64,000 nt of DNA from Patescibacteria group bacterium (GTDB taxonomy: Bacteria > Patescibacteriota > Patescibacteriia > UBA9934): positions 6,277-70,276 of the forward strand of contig JBAYHK010000003.1 in NCBI GenBank assembly GCA_041666145.1. Reading direction: 5' to 3'. The notes under the pieces are model-generated. The model searched no databases. It was not told where the DNA came from and was given only the letters and a program-made list of their open reading frames with translations. The position numbers and the translations under genes are program-made. Below, piece after piece: positions 27,242-37,177 of the stretch (position 1 is its first letter; the number at the start of each line of letters is the position of its first letter).

Positions 27242-27267
27242 GGAACATCATCATCAATTTCCCAAAA

Positions 27268-27298
27268 CAAAAGCGCATCCACTGGCGATGCGCTTTTG
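27268..27298. terminator. Bidirectional terminator
   Basis: caaaagcgcatc-cactggc-gatgcgcttttg. Confidence 0.75.
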
Positions 27299-27342
27299 CA
27301 GACAGAACGTCTGAGCGAATCGCGCTTGGATGCGCGGCGTTT

Positions 27343-27924
27343 CTAGTTGCGCCTTCCGAATACGGCGTCCCACAGTCGAGAACCCATCAAGGGATGAAGG
27401 CAGAACCGTTTTGGCGTTAGGACTTCTTCTGGAGGAGGATCCGATACGGTTGGCGGAGGCGGTAGCTCTCCTTGCTCCCGCTGTTCTGGTCGAATGTCTT
27501 CCTCGTCTTTTATGGCGTCGAGAGGGCTTGGCCCCCACAACTGCATGAAGTTGATCGAGACATGTTCGCTACCGTCTTCAACTTGGATGAGGTGGCACTC
27601 GAATCCGCGAAGTCCGAACGCGTAGACCATTTTGCTCGCATCACGAATTCGGAGGACCGTGAACCGTTGAAGATTTCTCGGCGGAGATGCGAGACGCGAA
27701 CCAGAGCGCTGGTCGCTGTAGTGAAGCTCTGCATTTCCGTTTTTTCCATCATCAAAGAAGATGCTCATGATTTTGGCTTGTTCTTCTTGAGAAAGGTCCC
27801 AAATTTCTCCTAGGTGAAAAAGGAGGTAGCCTGGGACTTTGGATTTGAAGGTTTCTTTGACCAGGTTCTCTTTCTCTGGGATCGATACTTTGAAACGGTA
27901 GTCGAACCTTTGCGGTGGCATCAT
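27343..27924 (-). CDS. Orphan hypothetical protein (193 aa)
   Basis: AGGAG 7 nt upstream of ATG, TTTACA-17-TATCGT promoter at 28014-27986, terminator downstream. Confidence 0.65.
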   Translation of the reverse strand: MMPPQRFDYRFKVSIPEKENLVKETFKSKVPGYLLFHLGEIWDLSQEEQAKIMSIFFDDGKNGNAELHYSDQRSGSRLASPPRNLQRFTVLRIRDASKMVYAFGLRGFECHLIQVEDGSEHVSINFMQLWGPSPLDAIKDEEDIRPEQREQGELPPPPTVSDPPPEEVLTPKRFCLHPLMGSRLWDAVFGRRN

Positions 27925-28021
27925 GACGTTTCTCCTGCGGATGCGCGGCTTTTGAGCCGCTAGGTTTTTCTGTCAGTAACCAGACACGATACACGAAAAT
28001 TCAGGTTTTGTAAACCTTTTG

Positions 28022-28948
28022 CTAGTTTTTTAAGTATCCTCGAGCAAAATCACTCCCATCCATCGGCTTTCCTCCGGCAGGTTGGAGTTTGGTGATTTCG
28101 AGGGGGATGTTCAATGCAGTACAGAAAAGTTTGCCTTCAAATTCGAATGGCGTACCGATGTCCGTAGTCTTCGGTGCATTTGGAGCAGGGACGGCTTGGA
28201 GGATCTTTACGATGGTTTCGGTCCCATTTAGGGTCCATGTGGTCCAGGTTCCTGGCCAGGGGGTGTAAGCGCGGATTTTTTGTTCGATTGTGGCGGCAGA
28301 TTCGGTCCAGTTTATTTTGCCGTTTTCTCGGGAGAGAAGTTTACAGATCGAGACTCCTTCGGATGGTTGCGGCTTTGGAGTAATTGATCCATCCATGTAG
28401 CCCTTGAGAGCAGCGATGAGCATTGGTGCGCCAAGTGCGACGACTTTTTGAGTAAGCGATGTGGTGGTTTCGTCTTTAGTGAGTTCGATGGATTGTTGAG
28501 CGAGAAGCGGACCAGTGTCCATGCCTTCGTCTATAGTCATGATAGATACGCCTGTTTGTGAATCGCCGGCAGCGATAGCGGCTTGCATTGGCGACGGTCC
28601 ACGATACTTTGGGAGAAGGGAAGGGTGAAGGTTGACGAAGCCCTTTGGAATACGATCAATAAGAACTTTTGGCAAGATTCTGCCGTATGCGACTATAACT
28701 GCAACGTCGGCTTTCAGCTCATCGATGGCGGAGAGAAAGGCTTCGTCTTTAAGTCTTGTTGGCTGAAAAACGGGAATATTTTTTGAAAGCGCGAGCTGTT
28801 TGGTGGGAGGCGGTGTGAGAATCTTTTTCCGTCCAACAGGCTCATCTTGTTGGCACACCACGGCAGTAACGGTGATTTCACTATCAGAAAGGATTGCGGA
28901 AAGAATGTCTGCAGAAAATTGTGGTGTTCCGAAGAAGATGATGCGCAT
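28022..28948 (-). CDS. fmt: Methionyl-tRNA formyltransferase
   Basis: IIFFGTPQFS, VAYGRIL, NLHPSLLPKYRGPSP, GMDTGP. Confidence 0.97.
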   Translation of the reverse strand: MRIIFFGTPQFSADILSAILSDSEITVTAVVCQQDEPVGRKKILTPPPTKQLALSKNIPVFQPTRLKDEAFLSAIDELKADVAVIVAYGRILPKVLIDRIPKGFVNLHPSLLPKYRGPSPMQAAIAAGDSQTGVSIMTIDEGMDTGPLLAQQSIELTKDETTTSLTQKVVALGAPMLIAALKGYMDGSITPKPQPSEGVSICKLLSRENGKINWTESAATIEQKIRAYTPWPGTWTTWTLNGTETIVKILQAVPAPNAPKTTDIGTPFEFEGKLFCTALNIPLEITKLQPAGGKPMDGSDFARGYLKN

Positions 28949-28951
28949 AGA

Positions 28952-29422
28952 CTAAAGATTCGAACTCCTCTTTATTTTTTCTGCACGATCAATAAAGAGA
29001 ATTCCATCAAGATGGTCGATTTCATGCTGAAAGATTACGGAAAGAAGGCCTTTGGCTTTGATGATAGTTTTGGTTCCATCTTCTAGAGTCGCCTTTACCG
29101 TTACTGAACGATTGCGCTTTACCATGCCCCAGCATCCTGGCACAGAAAGACAACCTTCTTCGCTCTCGATCATCCGAAATGACCGTTCCGTTATTTCCGG
29201 ATTCATGTACGCCAATGCCGCGCCATCTGTTTCGGCGATGATAACGCGGTCGTGCACGCCAATTTGCGGTGCCGCAATACCGACGCCGTTTTCTTTTGTC
29301 ATTGTTTCCTTGAGTTCCCGAATGAGAAGTTTCATTTCTGGTGAAGTAAGGCGATCATCAGAAATGATCTCGCTTTTTTTGCGAAGCTCAGGATTTGGTT
29401 CACAGAGTACTGGTCTAGACAT
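28952..29422 (-). CDS. def: Peptide deformylase
   Basis: GVGIAAPQIG, EGCLSVPG, QHEIDHLDG. Confidence 0.97.
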   Translation of the reverse strand: MSRPVLCEPNPELRKKSEIISDDRLTSPEMKLLIRELKETMTKENGVGIAAPQIGVHDRVIIAETDGAALAYMNPEITERSFRMIESEEGCLSVPGCWGMVKRNRSVTVKATLEDGTKTIIKAKGLLSVIFQHEIDHLDGILFIDRAEKIKRSSNL

Positions 29423-29424
29423 AC

Positions 29425-31185
29425 TTAGCGGTCAATACGAATATTGATGTGATCAGGAATATTTGAGAACTGTTCTTTCCAGGTGTCGAATGTTGGATGA
29501 TCGACTTTGGCGGTAAGTACACCGTGTCGATTCGTGACGAGTGAGCGGAAATTTTCGGGAAGTTCCTCGAGGATCGCGTTTTCGAAAGTTATGATGACTC
29601 CAAACGGTGGCAATGTGTATTGTTCTCGAATTGATCGTTCGTGATTATAGACGTGTGAAGTTCCAAGAAGTGAGAGAAGCCGGTCGCGTGCTACAGTTTG
29701 AATGATGCATTTGACGTGTTCACGTTGTGCAAGATTTTGAAGACGACAGATTTTTCTTGCAGTTTTTTCTACGCCGCAAAAGTCACCAGGAATAAATCCG
29801 ACGTCTGCAAGAAGCTCGGCAACAAGTCCGAATCCGTATTTTTGAAAAGGAACAATCACGCTGCTCCAGAAATACTCAGTCGCAACAATAATGTTTGCCT
29901 TGTTGTCGATTCGTCCTTTCTCGATATGACCGATCGTCACATCGGGAAAAGCCTTTTTAAGGTCGTCGACGATTCGAGCTCCACCAATACTTCGTGGTCC
30001 AATCTTTGGCGACCCACATGCCGGACAAGACGTCGGCTTCCACATTTCTGCACCACAGCCTCCGCACAAAAGATCATCAAGCCGAACGATCGGAAGATTT
30101 CCGCAGGTACCGCAGAACGGAACATGACCACACGCCTTACATTCCATCCGCTTGGCAACTCCTTTCCGATTCAGGCAGAGTAACACCTTTTTTTGGCTAT
30201 GTAAAGCCAATTTTATAGCTTCGAGGAGTGTTTGAGAAAGCAAGGGATAGGCGGAATTTTCTCCGCGAATTGTTGTGTCGATAATTACAGGGGTTGAATC
30301 GGTGAGTTCGATTGCTGACTTTTCGGGAAGTTGTTTCAAGGCTATGGTCGAGATCGGTGGAAGTGGATCGGTCATGATGAGCCGCGCATTATAAAGTTCG
30401 GCAAGGGTTTGTGCTGCAAAAATAGCGTTGATGTGTGGATTTCGAAAAAGACTTTTATGGTCTTCGCAGGCAGATTGAAAGACAAGAACAGAACTTAGAT
30501 TCTGTGGTTCGATGAGGGTAGTCTGACGTGTGCCGATGAGAAGTCGATGTTTGCCGAGCTTCCACGAGCGGATAATGGAATTTCGTTCGAATGATGTTGT
30601 TTTTCCTGTTAATACAGCAGGACTGAAAGGATTGAGCAATTGTTTGAAGAATTGCGCGTCACGTTCTCGTGGAACAAGAATGAGTGCTTGCCCTTCTGGA
30701 GTTTTGCAAAGTGCATGAGCGAGGACTGCGGATGTTTCGTCGTCGATTGCGAAGGAGGACTCTCGATCTTTTTGTATTATCGAGAGCATTGATTTCACAA
30801 CATCGATCGTGTGCGGATCAACGGAAAACGATGAAGCAAGATTTTTCAGTGCTACGTTTGATCCGACTCCTGTTCGATCGCTGATTCCTTCAAATGCAAT
30901 GGAAAGAATTGATGAAACAGATTGTCCAAGATTTGTGGCAATTGTTTTGAGATATGAGAGATGACTTGGAGAGATATTGAAGACTGGAGATGCATTCGAG
31001 ACTTCGATTGTTCGTTTTTCATTGGTAGTTTTTTGAATCACGTCGATTACTCCAAGCACGGATCGATGACGAAAGGGAATGGAGATAATATCGCCAATCG
31101 CAAAATGACTATCGTCTGGAAGACGGTAGTCAAATGCCTCGAATCGTCGAGGAAGCTTCAAGATCGGAAAGACTTTTGCGAACAC
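29425..31185 (-). CDS. priA: Primosomal protein N' (PriA), helicase motifs degenerate
   Basis: N-terminal 3'BD (FDYRLP...IPF), LILVP, IGTR, LNRKG and eight-Cys zinc region, LPPF; GTG start at 31185; next to def-fmt. Confidence 0.88.
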   Translation of the reverse strand: MFAKVFPILKLPRRFEAFDYRLPDDSHFAIGDIISIPFRHRSVLGVIDVIQKTTNEKRTIEVSNASPVFNISPSHLSYLKTIATNLGQSVSSILSIAFEGISDRTGVGSNVALKNLASSFSVDPHTIDVVKSMLSIIQKDRESSFAIDDETSAVLAHALCKTPEGQALILVPRERDAQFFKQLLNPFSPAVLTGKTTSFERNSIIRSWKLGKHRLLIGTRQTTLIEPQNLSSVLVFQSACEDHKSLFRNPHINAIFAAQTLAELYNARLIMTDPLPPISTIALKQLPEKSAIELTDSTPVIIDTTIRGENSAYPLLSQTLLEAIKLALHSQKKVLLCLNRKGVAKRMECKACGHVPFCGTCGNLPIVRLDDLLCGGCGAEMWKPTSCPACGSPKIGPRSIGGARIVDDLKKAFPDVTIGHIEKGRIDNKANIIVATEYFWSSVIVPFQKYGFGLVAELLADVGFIPGDFCGVEKTARKICRLQNLAQREHVKCIIQTVARDRLLSLLGTSHVYNHERSIREQYTLPPFGVIITFENAILEELPENFRSLVTNRHGVLTAKVDHPTFDTWKEQFSNIPDHINIRIDR

Positions 31186-31193
31186 AGAGGGTG

Positions 31194-31982
31194 TTAAAAG
31201 CGAAGTTCTGCAACAAGTTCTCCAACTCCGAACGGCGCTTCTTCTGAAAGAATCTCGCATGTAACGGGCATAGATTCAAGAACGCCAAAGAGCATAAGAA
31301 CCTGTCTATAAAGAGCATCCTGAGCGTTCTTTAGCATTTCTGGATTGATTTGTAATAGTCCTGCAGTATTTTTCTGTTTGATGAGTGTTGAAAGAAGTTC
31401 ATCAAGCTTTTTTCCGTCTTCATGGAATCCTCCGGGTGCCTCGGTGCTTCTCGTATGTGATCCATCGCCAGCAGCAATAACGGCAATTCGTTTCGGACTA
31501 TTAAGAAGAGATTCGCGCAGGGCTGTTCCAAAGTCAAAGTGTTCCTTTGGAGTTTTTTTAGAAGGAGCAATGGGAAGAATTCGAACATTTGGAAGGTGCT
31601 CAGTTAGAAAAGAGAGGGGAATCGTTGCGGTAAAAGGAAGCTCTTTTTCGGTTTCTAATGTAACGCTATAGCCAGTGTGGCGTATGTTTCGTTGTGCGCC
31701 ATCGGCAAGCATGAAGTCTGTGCCATAGGTTTTGTTGTATCCAAGGTCTCCGAATTGTGTAAGTCCAGCATGATACGGATCTGAAACATTTATCGTGAAT
31801 GCATCGTCTGGTGTGTTCGTGTGTTCACAGAAAATAACGATCGTGTCTGGTTTTGCCGCAAAAAGCTCTTCTGAAAGATTTTTTAATGCTTCTCGGGTTT
31901 TTTCAATTTTATGAATATGTTCAGGATTGATTGAGGGTAGAAGAAGTGGCGAACATGGAACAATACCAGCAAAGACGATCAT
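31194..31982 (-). CDS. Memo/LigB-like (AmmeMemoRadiSam protein B-like) protein, divergent
   Basis: AGIVPCSPLLLP, KPDTIVI, IAVIAAGDGSH, APGGF, EAPFGVG. Confidence 0.75.
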   Translation of the reverse strand: MIVFAGIVPCSPLLLPSINPEHIHKIEKTREALKNLSEELFAAKPDTIVIFCEHTNTPDDAFTINVSDPYHAGLTQFGDLGYNKTYGTDFMLADGAQRNIRHTGYSVTLETEKELPFTATIPLSFLTEHLPNVRILPIAPSKKTPKEHFDFGTALRESLLNSPKRIAVIAAGDGSHTRSTEAPGGFHEDGKKLDELLSTLIKQKNTAGLLQINPEMLKNAQDALYRQVLMLFGVLESMPVTCEILSEEAPFGVGELVAELRF

Positions 31983-31990
31983 ATGATGGG

Positions 31991-33358
31991 TTATTCATCT
32001 GCGCCAAGGCTGGCGCCGAGTTTGTGCAAATTAAGAACATCGTCACTTACGAAGATGATATTTGACCAGTCGTATCCATAGTCATTGAATGTTTGCTCGT
32101 TGTCTATGGCGTGTCGTTCGCCATTCGCAATAACGTAGACCGTTGGATTTTCGTGCGATCGAACGAGTGTGCCGTCTGGGAGCTTCAGAAATTTGCCCTC
32201 TTTGTATTGTTCGATTTCATTTTGGAGCGCTGATTCAACTGTCGAGCTTGGAAAATTTGCCGTTAAAATTGCTGGATCAAGAATTGCTTGTCGAGCTCCA
32301 TCCTTGAGGAGGAAGAGTGCGCCGTTTGCGAGTTTCACTATTCGACCAGAAGGGTCTTGAGTTGTAGTGGTGATCGGTGTGCCTTCTGCGTAGGTTTCAA
32401 CTTCCTTTGCTGTGATGTCCACAAGCTCATCTTCTGAGAATCCAGTTGCACGAAAAGCCTCCATGGATTCAACGTGACGCATAGCATCATCAACAAGGAG
32501 ATAAATGCGCCCATCTTCATCTTTAACAAGTGAGTAATTCGGTAGAGCAATTTCTGTGCCGGTTGGATACTGTTCAAGCACGCTCGAAGCGACTGTAATA
32601 ATGAGCTTTGTATTGTATCGAGAGATGAGCGCGCTTTGACTTGTAATTGGTCGACGATAACCGTTTTCAATCCGCCAGACTCCGTCTTCTCCCGCAGCTT
32701 GAAGAAGCGATCCTGTTGGATATTCCTTTCCAAACCATTTATCCCAAATAGTTACAAAATTCTCATTGCCATGAAGATGCGGGGTGTATGCATACATCGC
32801 TGCTGTAGCGGCGTTGAATGGCGTTACCGTAACGTTATCGATGATGACAGGAACATTGACTCCATACTTTCCTGCTGTAACTCCATAATTTTTTATGTCA
32901 GCAAGATATCCTTCTATAAATTGAAGCGCTGCAGAATTTACTTGCTTTCCAAATCCTTGCCAACGTGAAAGCCCGGCATCATTCATTGAACAATCATCAC
33001 AGACTCCATAGCCAGTTGCCCAGTCATATTGTTTTGTTGTTGGATCTGGATCTTCAATAAGACTTTGTTCTTTTTGCAAAAGAACAAGAAGAAAACGAGG
33101 ATTGATTCCGTTGTCTTGTGCTGCTCGCCAGATAATATCTGCGGCGTAACGAGTCTTTCCCTCCCAATCTGCAGTTTTATATTCTGCGAGTGTTCCTCGG
33201 CTAAGAAAAGCTTGAATTTGATTGCGGTCCATTGCCTGTGAGTCGGTAAGCTCTGCGTCGGAAAGGATGTAATTCGGATTAAAGGCAAGCGCACTTGTTG
33301 GAAGAGAGAAAAAAACAATGGCACCAAAGAGAGAAAAGAGAATTTTATAGATTTTCAT
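31991..33358 (-). CDS. Secreted surface protein with a putative cell-wall-hydrolase-like N domain and CPR-type C-terminal repeats
   Basis: Signal peptide, INPRFLLVLLQKEQSLI, ATGYG, YAYTPH; repeats like DGTLVR...VYVI.NG.RH.I....F..YGY.W; TATACT 8 nt before ATG 33358. Confidence 0.75.
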   Translation of the reverse strand: MKIYKILFSLFGAIVFFSLPTSALAFNPNYILSDAELTDSQAMDRNQIQAFLSRGTLAEYKTADWEGKTRYAADIIWRAAQDNGINPRFLLVLLQKEQSLIEDPDPTTKQYDWATGYGVCDDCSMNDAGLSRWQGFGKQVNSAALQFIEGYLADIKNYGVTAGKYGVNVPVIIDNVTVTPFNAATAAMYAYTPHLHGNENFVTIWDKWFGKEYPTGSLLQAAGEDGVWRIENGYRRPITSQSALISRYNTKLIITVASSVLEQYPTGTEIALPNYSLVKDEDGRIYLLVDDAMRHVESMEAFRATGFSEDELVDITAKEVETYAEGTPITTTTQDPSGRIVKLANGALFLLKDGARQAILDPAILTANFPSSTVESALQNEIEQYKEGKFLKLPDGTLVRSHENPTVYVIANGERHAIDNEQTFNDYGYDWSNIIFVSDDVLNLHKLGASLGADE

Positions 33359-33446
33359 ACGCATTCAGTATAGCGAACACAGGGTGCGTTGACACGCTCT
33401 CCCTGGGGAAGCATCATGACCCTGTTCTTACTCTTTTCTCTTCATT

Positions 33447-33953
33447 ATGATGCTTTCTATCGGCTCAAAAGCTCCAGAAGTTTGTCAGGCGATCATTGAG
33501 GTTCCAAAGGGCAGTCAAAATAAGTACGAGTTTGATAAAGAGCAGGGGATTGTGAAACTTGATCGCGTTCTATTCTCACCAATGTTCTATCCGTGCGATT
33601 ATGGATTCTTTCCAGAAACGCTTGGTGGCGATGGTGACCCACTCGATGTTTTGGTCATGGTGACGAACCCATTGTTCCCAGGCGTCGCAGTTGATGTCCG
33701 CCCAGTTGGCGTGCTCATGATGAGTGACGATAAGGGACAAGACGAGAAGATTCTCGCCGTTGCAAAAGATGACCCACGGTTCAAGCACATCAATGATCTT
33801 GCAGATGTTCCTGAGCACATCCGTAATGAGATCGCTTTCTTTTTTGAGAGTTACAAGATTTTAGAAAAGAAAATGACAAAAATTGATGGTTGGCTCGACG
33901 CTGCAGCAGCGAAGAAAGTCATTGCCGATGGTATAGCAAGGGCAAAGGCGTAG
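33447..33953 (+). CDS. ppa: Inorganic pyrophosphatase (family I)
   Basis: IEVPKGSQNKYE, LDRVL, YPCDYG, DGDPLDVLV, DEKIL. Confidence 0.97.
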   Translation: MMLSIGSKAPEVCQAIIEVPKGSQNKYEFDKEQGIVKLDRVLFSPMFYPCDYGFFPETLGGDGDPLDVLVMVTNPLFPGVAVDVRPVGVLMMSDDKGQDEKILAVAKDDPRFKHINDLADVPEHIRNEIAFFFESYKILEKKMTKIDGWLDAAAAKKVIADGIARAKA

Positions 33954-33965
33954 AGAAAATAAGTA

Positions 33966-34005
33966 AAAACAAAACGACGCTTCATTGGAGGCGTCGTTTT
34001 GTTTT
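33966..34005. terminator. Bidirectional terminator between ppa and clpB
   Basis: aaaacaaaacgacgcttc-attg-gaggcgtcgttttgtttt. Confidence 0.88.
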
Positions 34006-34012
34006 GTAGAGA

Positions 34013-36631
34013 TTATATGAACACGATCTCTCCCTTTTTCGCATCGATAGTAATTGATGTATCCGGAGCAATGGTTCCTTTTACGATTTCAAGCGCGAGA
34101 GGATCAAGAATTTTTGATTGGATAGCACGTTTTAATGGGCGAGCGCCATAAAGTGGATCAAAACCTTGTTCTGCGATAGTTTTTCTTGCCCGATCAGTGA
34201 AGAGAACGGTGATTCCACGAGCTTCTTTCAATCGTGCTTCCACTAATGTGAGCTGAAGATTAACGATTGCGGCGATATGTTCTTTGTTGAGTGCATGGAA
34301 GACTATGGCCTCGTCGATACGGTTCAAGAACTCTGGGCGGAAGTGATCGCGGAGCATGTCGAGAACCTTTTGTTTTGTTGCGTCAGTTTTTGCGCCAGCG
34401 TCTTCTACGAATCCAATCTTTCTTCCGCTGTTAAGAATGACTTCGCTTCCAATGTTGGATGTCATGATGATGATTGTGTTCTTGAAGTTTACTGCTCGGC
34501 CCTTCGCGTCAGTAAGCCGTCCATCGTCAAGAATCTGTAAAAGAATGTTGAAGACGTCTGGGTGCGCCTTTTCAATTTCATCCAAGAGAACAACAGAGTA
34601 GGGGTGTTTACGAATCTTTTCTGCGAGTTGTCCGCCTTCTTCGTATCCAATGTATCCAGGCGGCGAACCGATCATCTTGCTCACACTGTGCTTTTCCATG
34701 TACTCGCTCATATCTAAGCGAATGAGCGCTTTTTCGTCATTGAACATGAAGGTTGCAAGTGCTCGGGCGAGCTCTGTTTTTCCAACGCCTGTTGGCCCAA
34801 GAAAAATGAATGAGCCAATCGGATGTCGCTCTTCGGAAAGCCCTGCGCGTGATCTGCGGAGCGCGTTACTCACTGCAGTGATAGCTTCGTCTTGCCCAAC
34901 AACATGCTTTCGCAATTCTTCCTCCATTCGTGCGAGTTTTACCATGTCGCTTTCGAGCATTTTTGAAACGGGAATGTGTGTCCATCGTCCAACAACCGTG
35001 GCAATGTCTTCTTCGGTAATAACCTCCTTCAAAAGTCCTCGTTCGGCTTGAAATTTTTTCAGTTCCTCTTCCTTTTCTGTAAGTTCTTCGCGTTTTGCTG
35101 GAAGTTCTGCGTAACGAATTTCAGCTACGCGTTCAAGGTTACCGCGTCGTTCTTCATATTCCGCTTCATTTGTGAGCTTATCGATTGCGCCTTTTAGTTC
35201 TCGAATGGTCGCGATAAGATTCTTCTCATTTGTCCATCTTAGCGATACTTCTGATGAACGCTCTTTACTATCTGCAATCAGCTTTTCGATCTCCTTCAAT
35301 CGCTCCTTTGATGCTTTGTCTTCTTCTTTCAGTAAAGCTTGCCGTTCAATCTGCAGGCGCATCTCTTCCCGAGTCATTCGATCAAGGTCTTCTGGCATGG
35401 AGTCAATCTGCAAGCGAAGACCCGCAGCGGCCTCGTCAATAAGGTCTATTGCTTTGTCTGGAAGTTGACGATCTGAAATATAACGCGCAGAAAGTGTCGC
35501 CGCTGCAACGATAGCGTTGTCAGAAATTCGAACACCGTGATGAATTTCGTAACGCTCTTTAATGCCTCGAAGAATTGCAATCGTATCATCAACTGACGGT
35601 TCTTCAACCATGATTGGCTGGAAACGACGTTCGAGCGCCTGGTCTTTCTCAATATGTCGTTGGTATTCCTTTGTGGTTGTTGCTCCGACTACGCGAAGTT
35701 CACCTCGAGCAAGCGCTGGCTTCAGCAAATTGCTTGCATCCATCGGAGATTCGTCGCCTTTTCCAGCGCCGACAAGCATGTGAAGTTCGTCGATAAAGAG
35801 AATATATTTTCCTTCTGACTGAGTGACTTCTTTCATGACTGCCTTGAGCCGTTCTTCAAACTCGCCACGAAACTTCGTTCCAGCGATGAGGGAACCAAGA
35901 TCAAGTGAAACGACTTCTTTGTTTTTGAGCGTCTCAGGAACATCACCGGCAATAATTCGTAGAGCGAGTCCTTCGACTATTGCAGTTTTCCCTACGCCAG
36001 CTTCACCGATAAGCACTGGATTGTTTTTTGTTCGACGAGAAAGAACTTGCATTACGCGTCGAATTTCTTCGCCTCGACCAATGACAGGGTCGAGTTTTCC
36101 ATGCCGAGCGCGCTCAGTAAGATTGAGGCTGTATTTTTCGATTGCTTGGTATTTTGCTTCTGGATCTTGGGAATCGACACGTTGACTTCCGCGAAGATCT
36201 TTAAGCGCCTGAAGGATTGATTGCTCAGTGACTTGATGTACGGCAAGCATGGCCGCGATTGGTCGATCAATGAGAAGGCCGAGGAGAAGGTGTTCTGTGG
36301 AGATGTACTCATCTCCAAACTGTTTTGCAATTTTTGCGGCAGATTCCAGAACGTGTGCAAGAGCAGGCGTTAGGATGATTTGTCCGATGCCGCCACTTTC
36401 ATGATGGTTTTGTTTTGGAAGGCTGTCGCACATTCTGTCGATATCACCAAGAAGCGCAGGAAGGCTTGTAGCCATTTTTTGAAAGATTGTTACAACAAAG
36501 CCGCCTTCTTGGCGTGCAAGGGCTGCAAGGAGATGGATTGGTTCAACGCCATGTTGGCCATTTTCCTGAGAAAACGCTTGAGCGTTTTGAATGGCTTCTT
36601 GTGATTTGCTTGTAAAATTGTTAGGAATCAT
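34013..36631 (-). CDS. clpB: Chaperone ClpB
   Basis: Clp N domain, two AAA+ modules ([16 protein letters not shown]), long middle coiled coil, GARPLKR. Confidence 0.96.
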   Translation of the reverse strand: MIPNNFTSKSQEAIQNAQAFSQENGQHGVEPIHLLAALARQEGGFVVTIFQKMATSLPALLGDIDRMCDSLPKQNHHESGGIGQIILTPALAHVLESAAKIAKQFGDEYISTEHLLLGLLIDRPIAAMLAVHQVTEQSILQALKDLRGSQRVDSQDPEAKYQAIEKYSLNLTERARHGKLDPVIGRGEEIRRVMQVLSRRTKNNPVLIGEAGVGKTAIVEGLALRIIAGDVPETLKNKEVVSLDLGSLIAGTKFRGEFEERLKAVMKEVTQSEGKYILFIDELHMLVGAGKGDESPMDASNLLKPALARGELRVVGATTTKEYQRHIEKDQALERRFQPIMVEEPSVDDTIAILRGIKERYEIHHGVRISDNAIVAAATLSARYISDRQLPDKAIDLIDEAAAGLRLQIDSMPEDLDRMTREEMRLQIERQALLKEEDKASKERLKEIEKLIADSKERSSEVSLRWTNEKNLIATIRELKGAIDKLTNEAEYEERRGNLERVAEIRYAELPAKREELTEKEEELKKFQAERGLLKEVITEEDIATVVGRWTHIPVSKMLESDMVKLARMEEELRKHVVGQDEAITAVSNALRRSRAGLSEERHPIGSFIFLGPTGVGKTELARALATFMFNDEKALIRLDMSEYMEKHSVSKMIGSPPGYIGYEEGGQLAEKIRKHPYSVVLLDEIEKAHPDVFNILLQILDDGRLTDAKGRAVNFKNTIIIMTSNIGSEVILNSGRKIGFVEDAGAKTDATKQKVLDMLRDHFRPEFLNRIDEAIVFHALNKEHIAAIVNLQLTLVEARLKEARGITVLFTDRARKTIAEQGFDPLYGARPLKRAIQSKILDPLALEIVKGTIAPDTSITIDAKKGEIVFI

Positions 36632-36649
36632 AGCCGGATTTTGAGTATT

Positions 36650-36676
36650 TTAGCACTCACAATGATAGAGTGCTAA
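36650..36676. promoter_or_regulatory. CIRCE element (HrcA operator) over the clpB promoter
   Basis: Exact TTAGCACTC-N9-GAGTGCTAA; - strand promoter TTGACG(36690)-17-TATCAT(36667) overlaps it. Confidence 0.95.
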
Positions 36677-36739
36677 GCCTGAAACGTCAACGGAATCGTT
36701 ATTCACAGGAGCGCATAAATATGCTAAGGTTAGCTTTAT

Positions 36740-37174
36740 ATGATTCGATTTCGTTTAGCTTTTTTTCTCATTGTTCTTGTGATGGTGACGCATATTTTTG
36801 TCCTTGTTGCAGGTGTTTACAGTCAAATGCCTTGGTTTGACGTACCGATGCATTTTTTTGGAGGGTACGTAATCGCTCTTCTTGGTTTGGCGTGTTATGG
36901 ATGGCTACAGAATTTTGTGGAAATAAAGTCAAAATCAATGCAAAAACTTTCAATTTTTACGCCAATGATTATTGAGTTTGTATTTGTGGTTGGTTTTGTT
37001 ATGACTGTCGGCGTGGCGTGGGAATGGTATGAATTTTTATTTGACCAGTTTGTTGGATTTTTTGTAGAGAATTTTGGCGTGGCGCAGATAAGTCTTGCAG
37101 ACACGATGGATGACCTCTTTAATGATTTCGTAGGGGGGGTAACAGCTTGGATGCTGTGGCGAAGCCGTAAGTAA
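36740..37174 (+). CDS. Membrane protein, DUF2238/VanZ-like
   Basis: WFDVPMHFFGG, GVAWEWYEF, DTMDDLFNDFVGG. Confidence 0.75.
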   Translation: MIRFRLAFFLIVLVMVTHIFVLVAGVYSQMPWFDVPMHFFGGYVIALLGLACYGWLQNFVEIKSKSMQKLSIFTPMIIEFVFVVGFVMTVGVAWEWYEFLFDQFVGFFVENFGVAQISLADTMDDLFNDFVGGVTAWMLWRSRK

Positions 37175-37177
37175 ATT

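Noticed and set aside
26803-27813. Overlapping + strand ORFs (205 aa, 113 aa, 72 aa) near the orphan cassette
   Set aside because: They are shadow frames of the ligase gene and the - strand orphan and lack start signals, whereas the - strand ORF has promoter, SD and terminator
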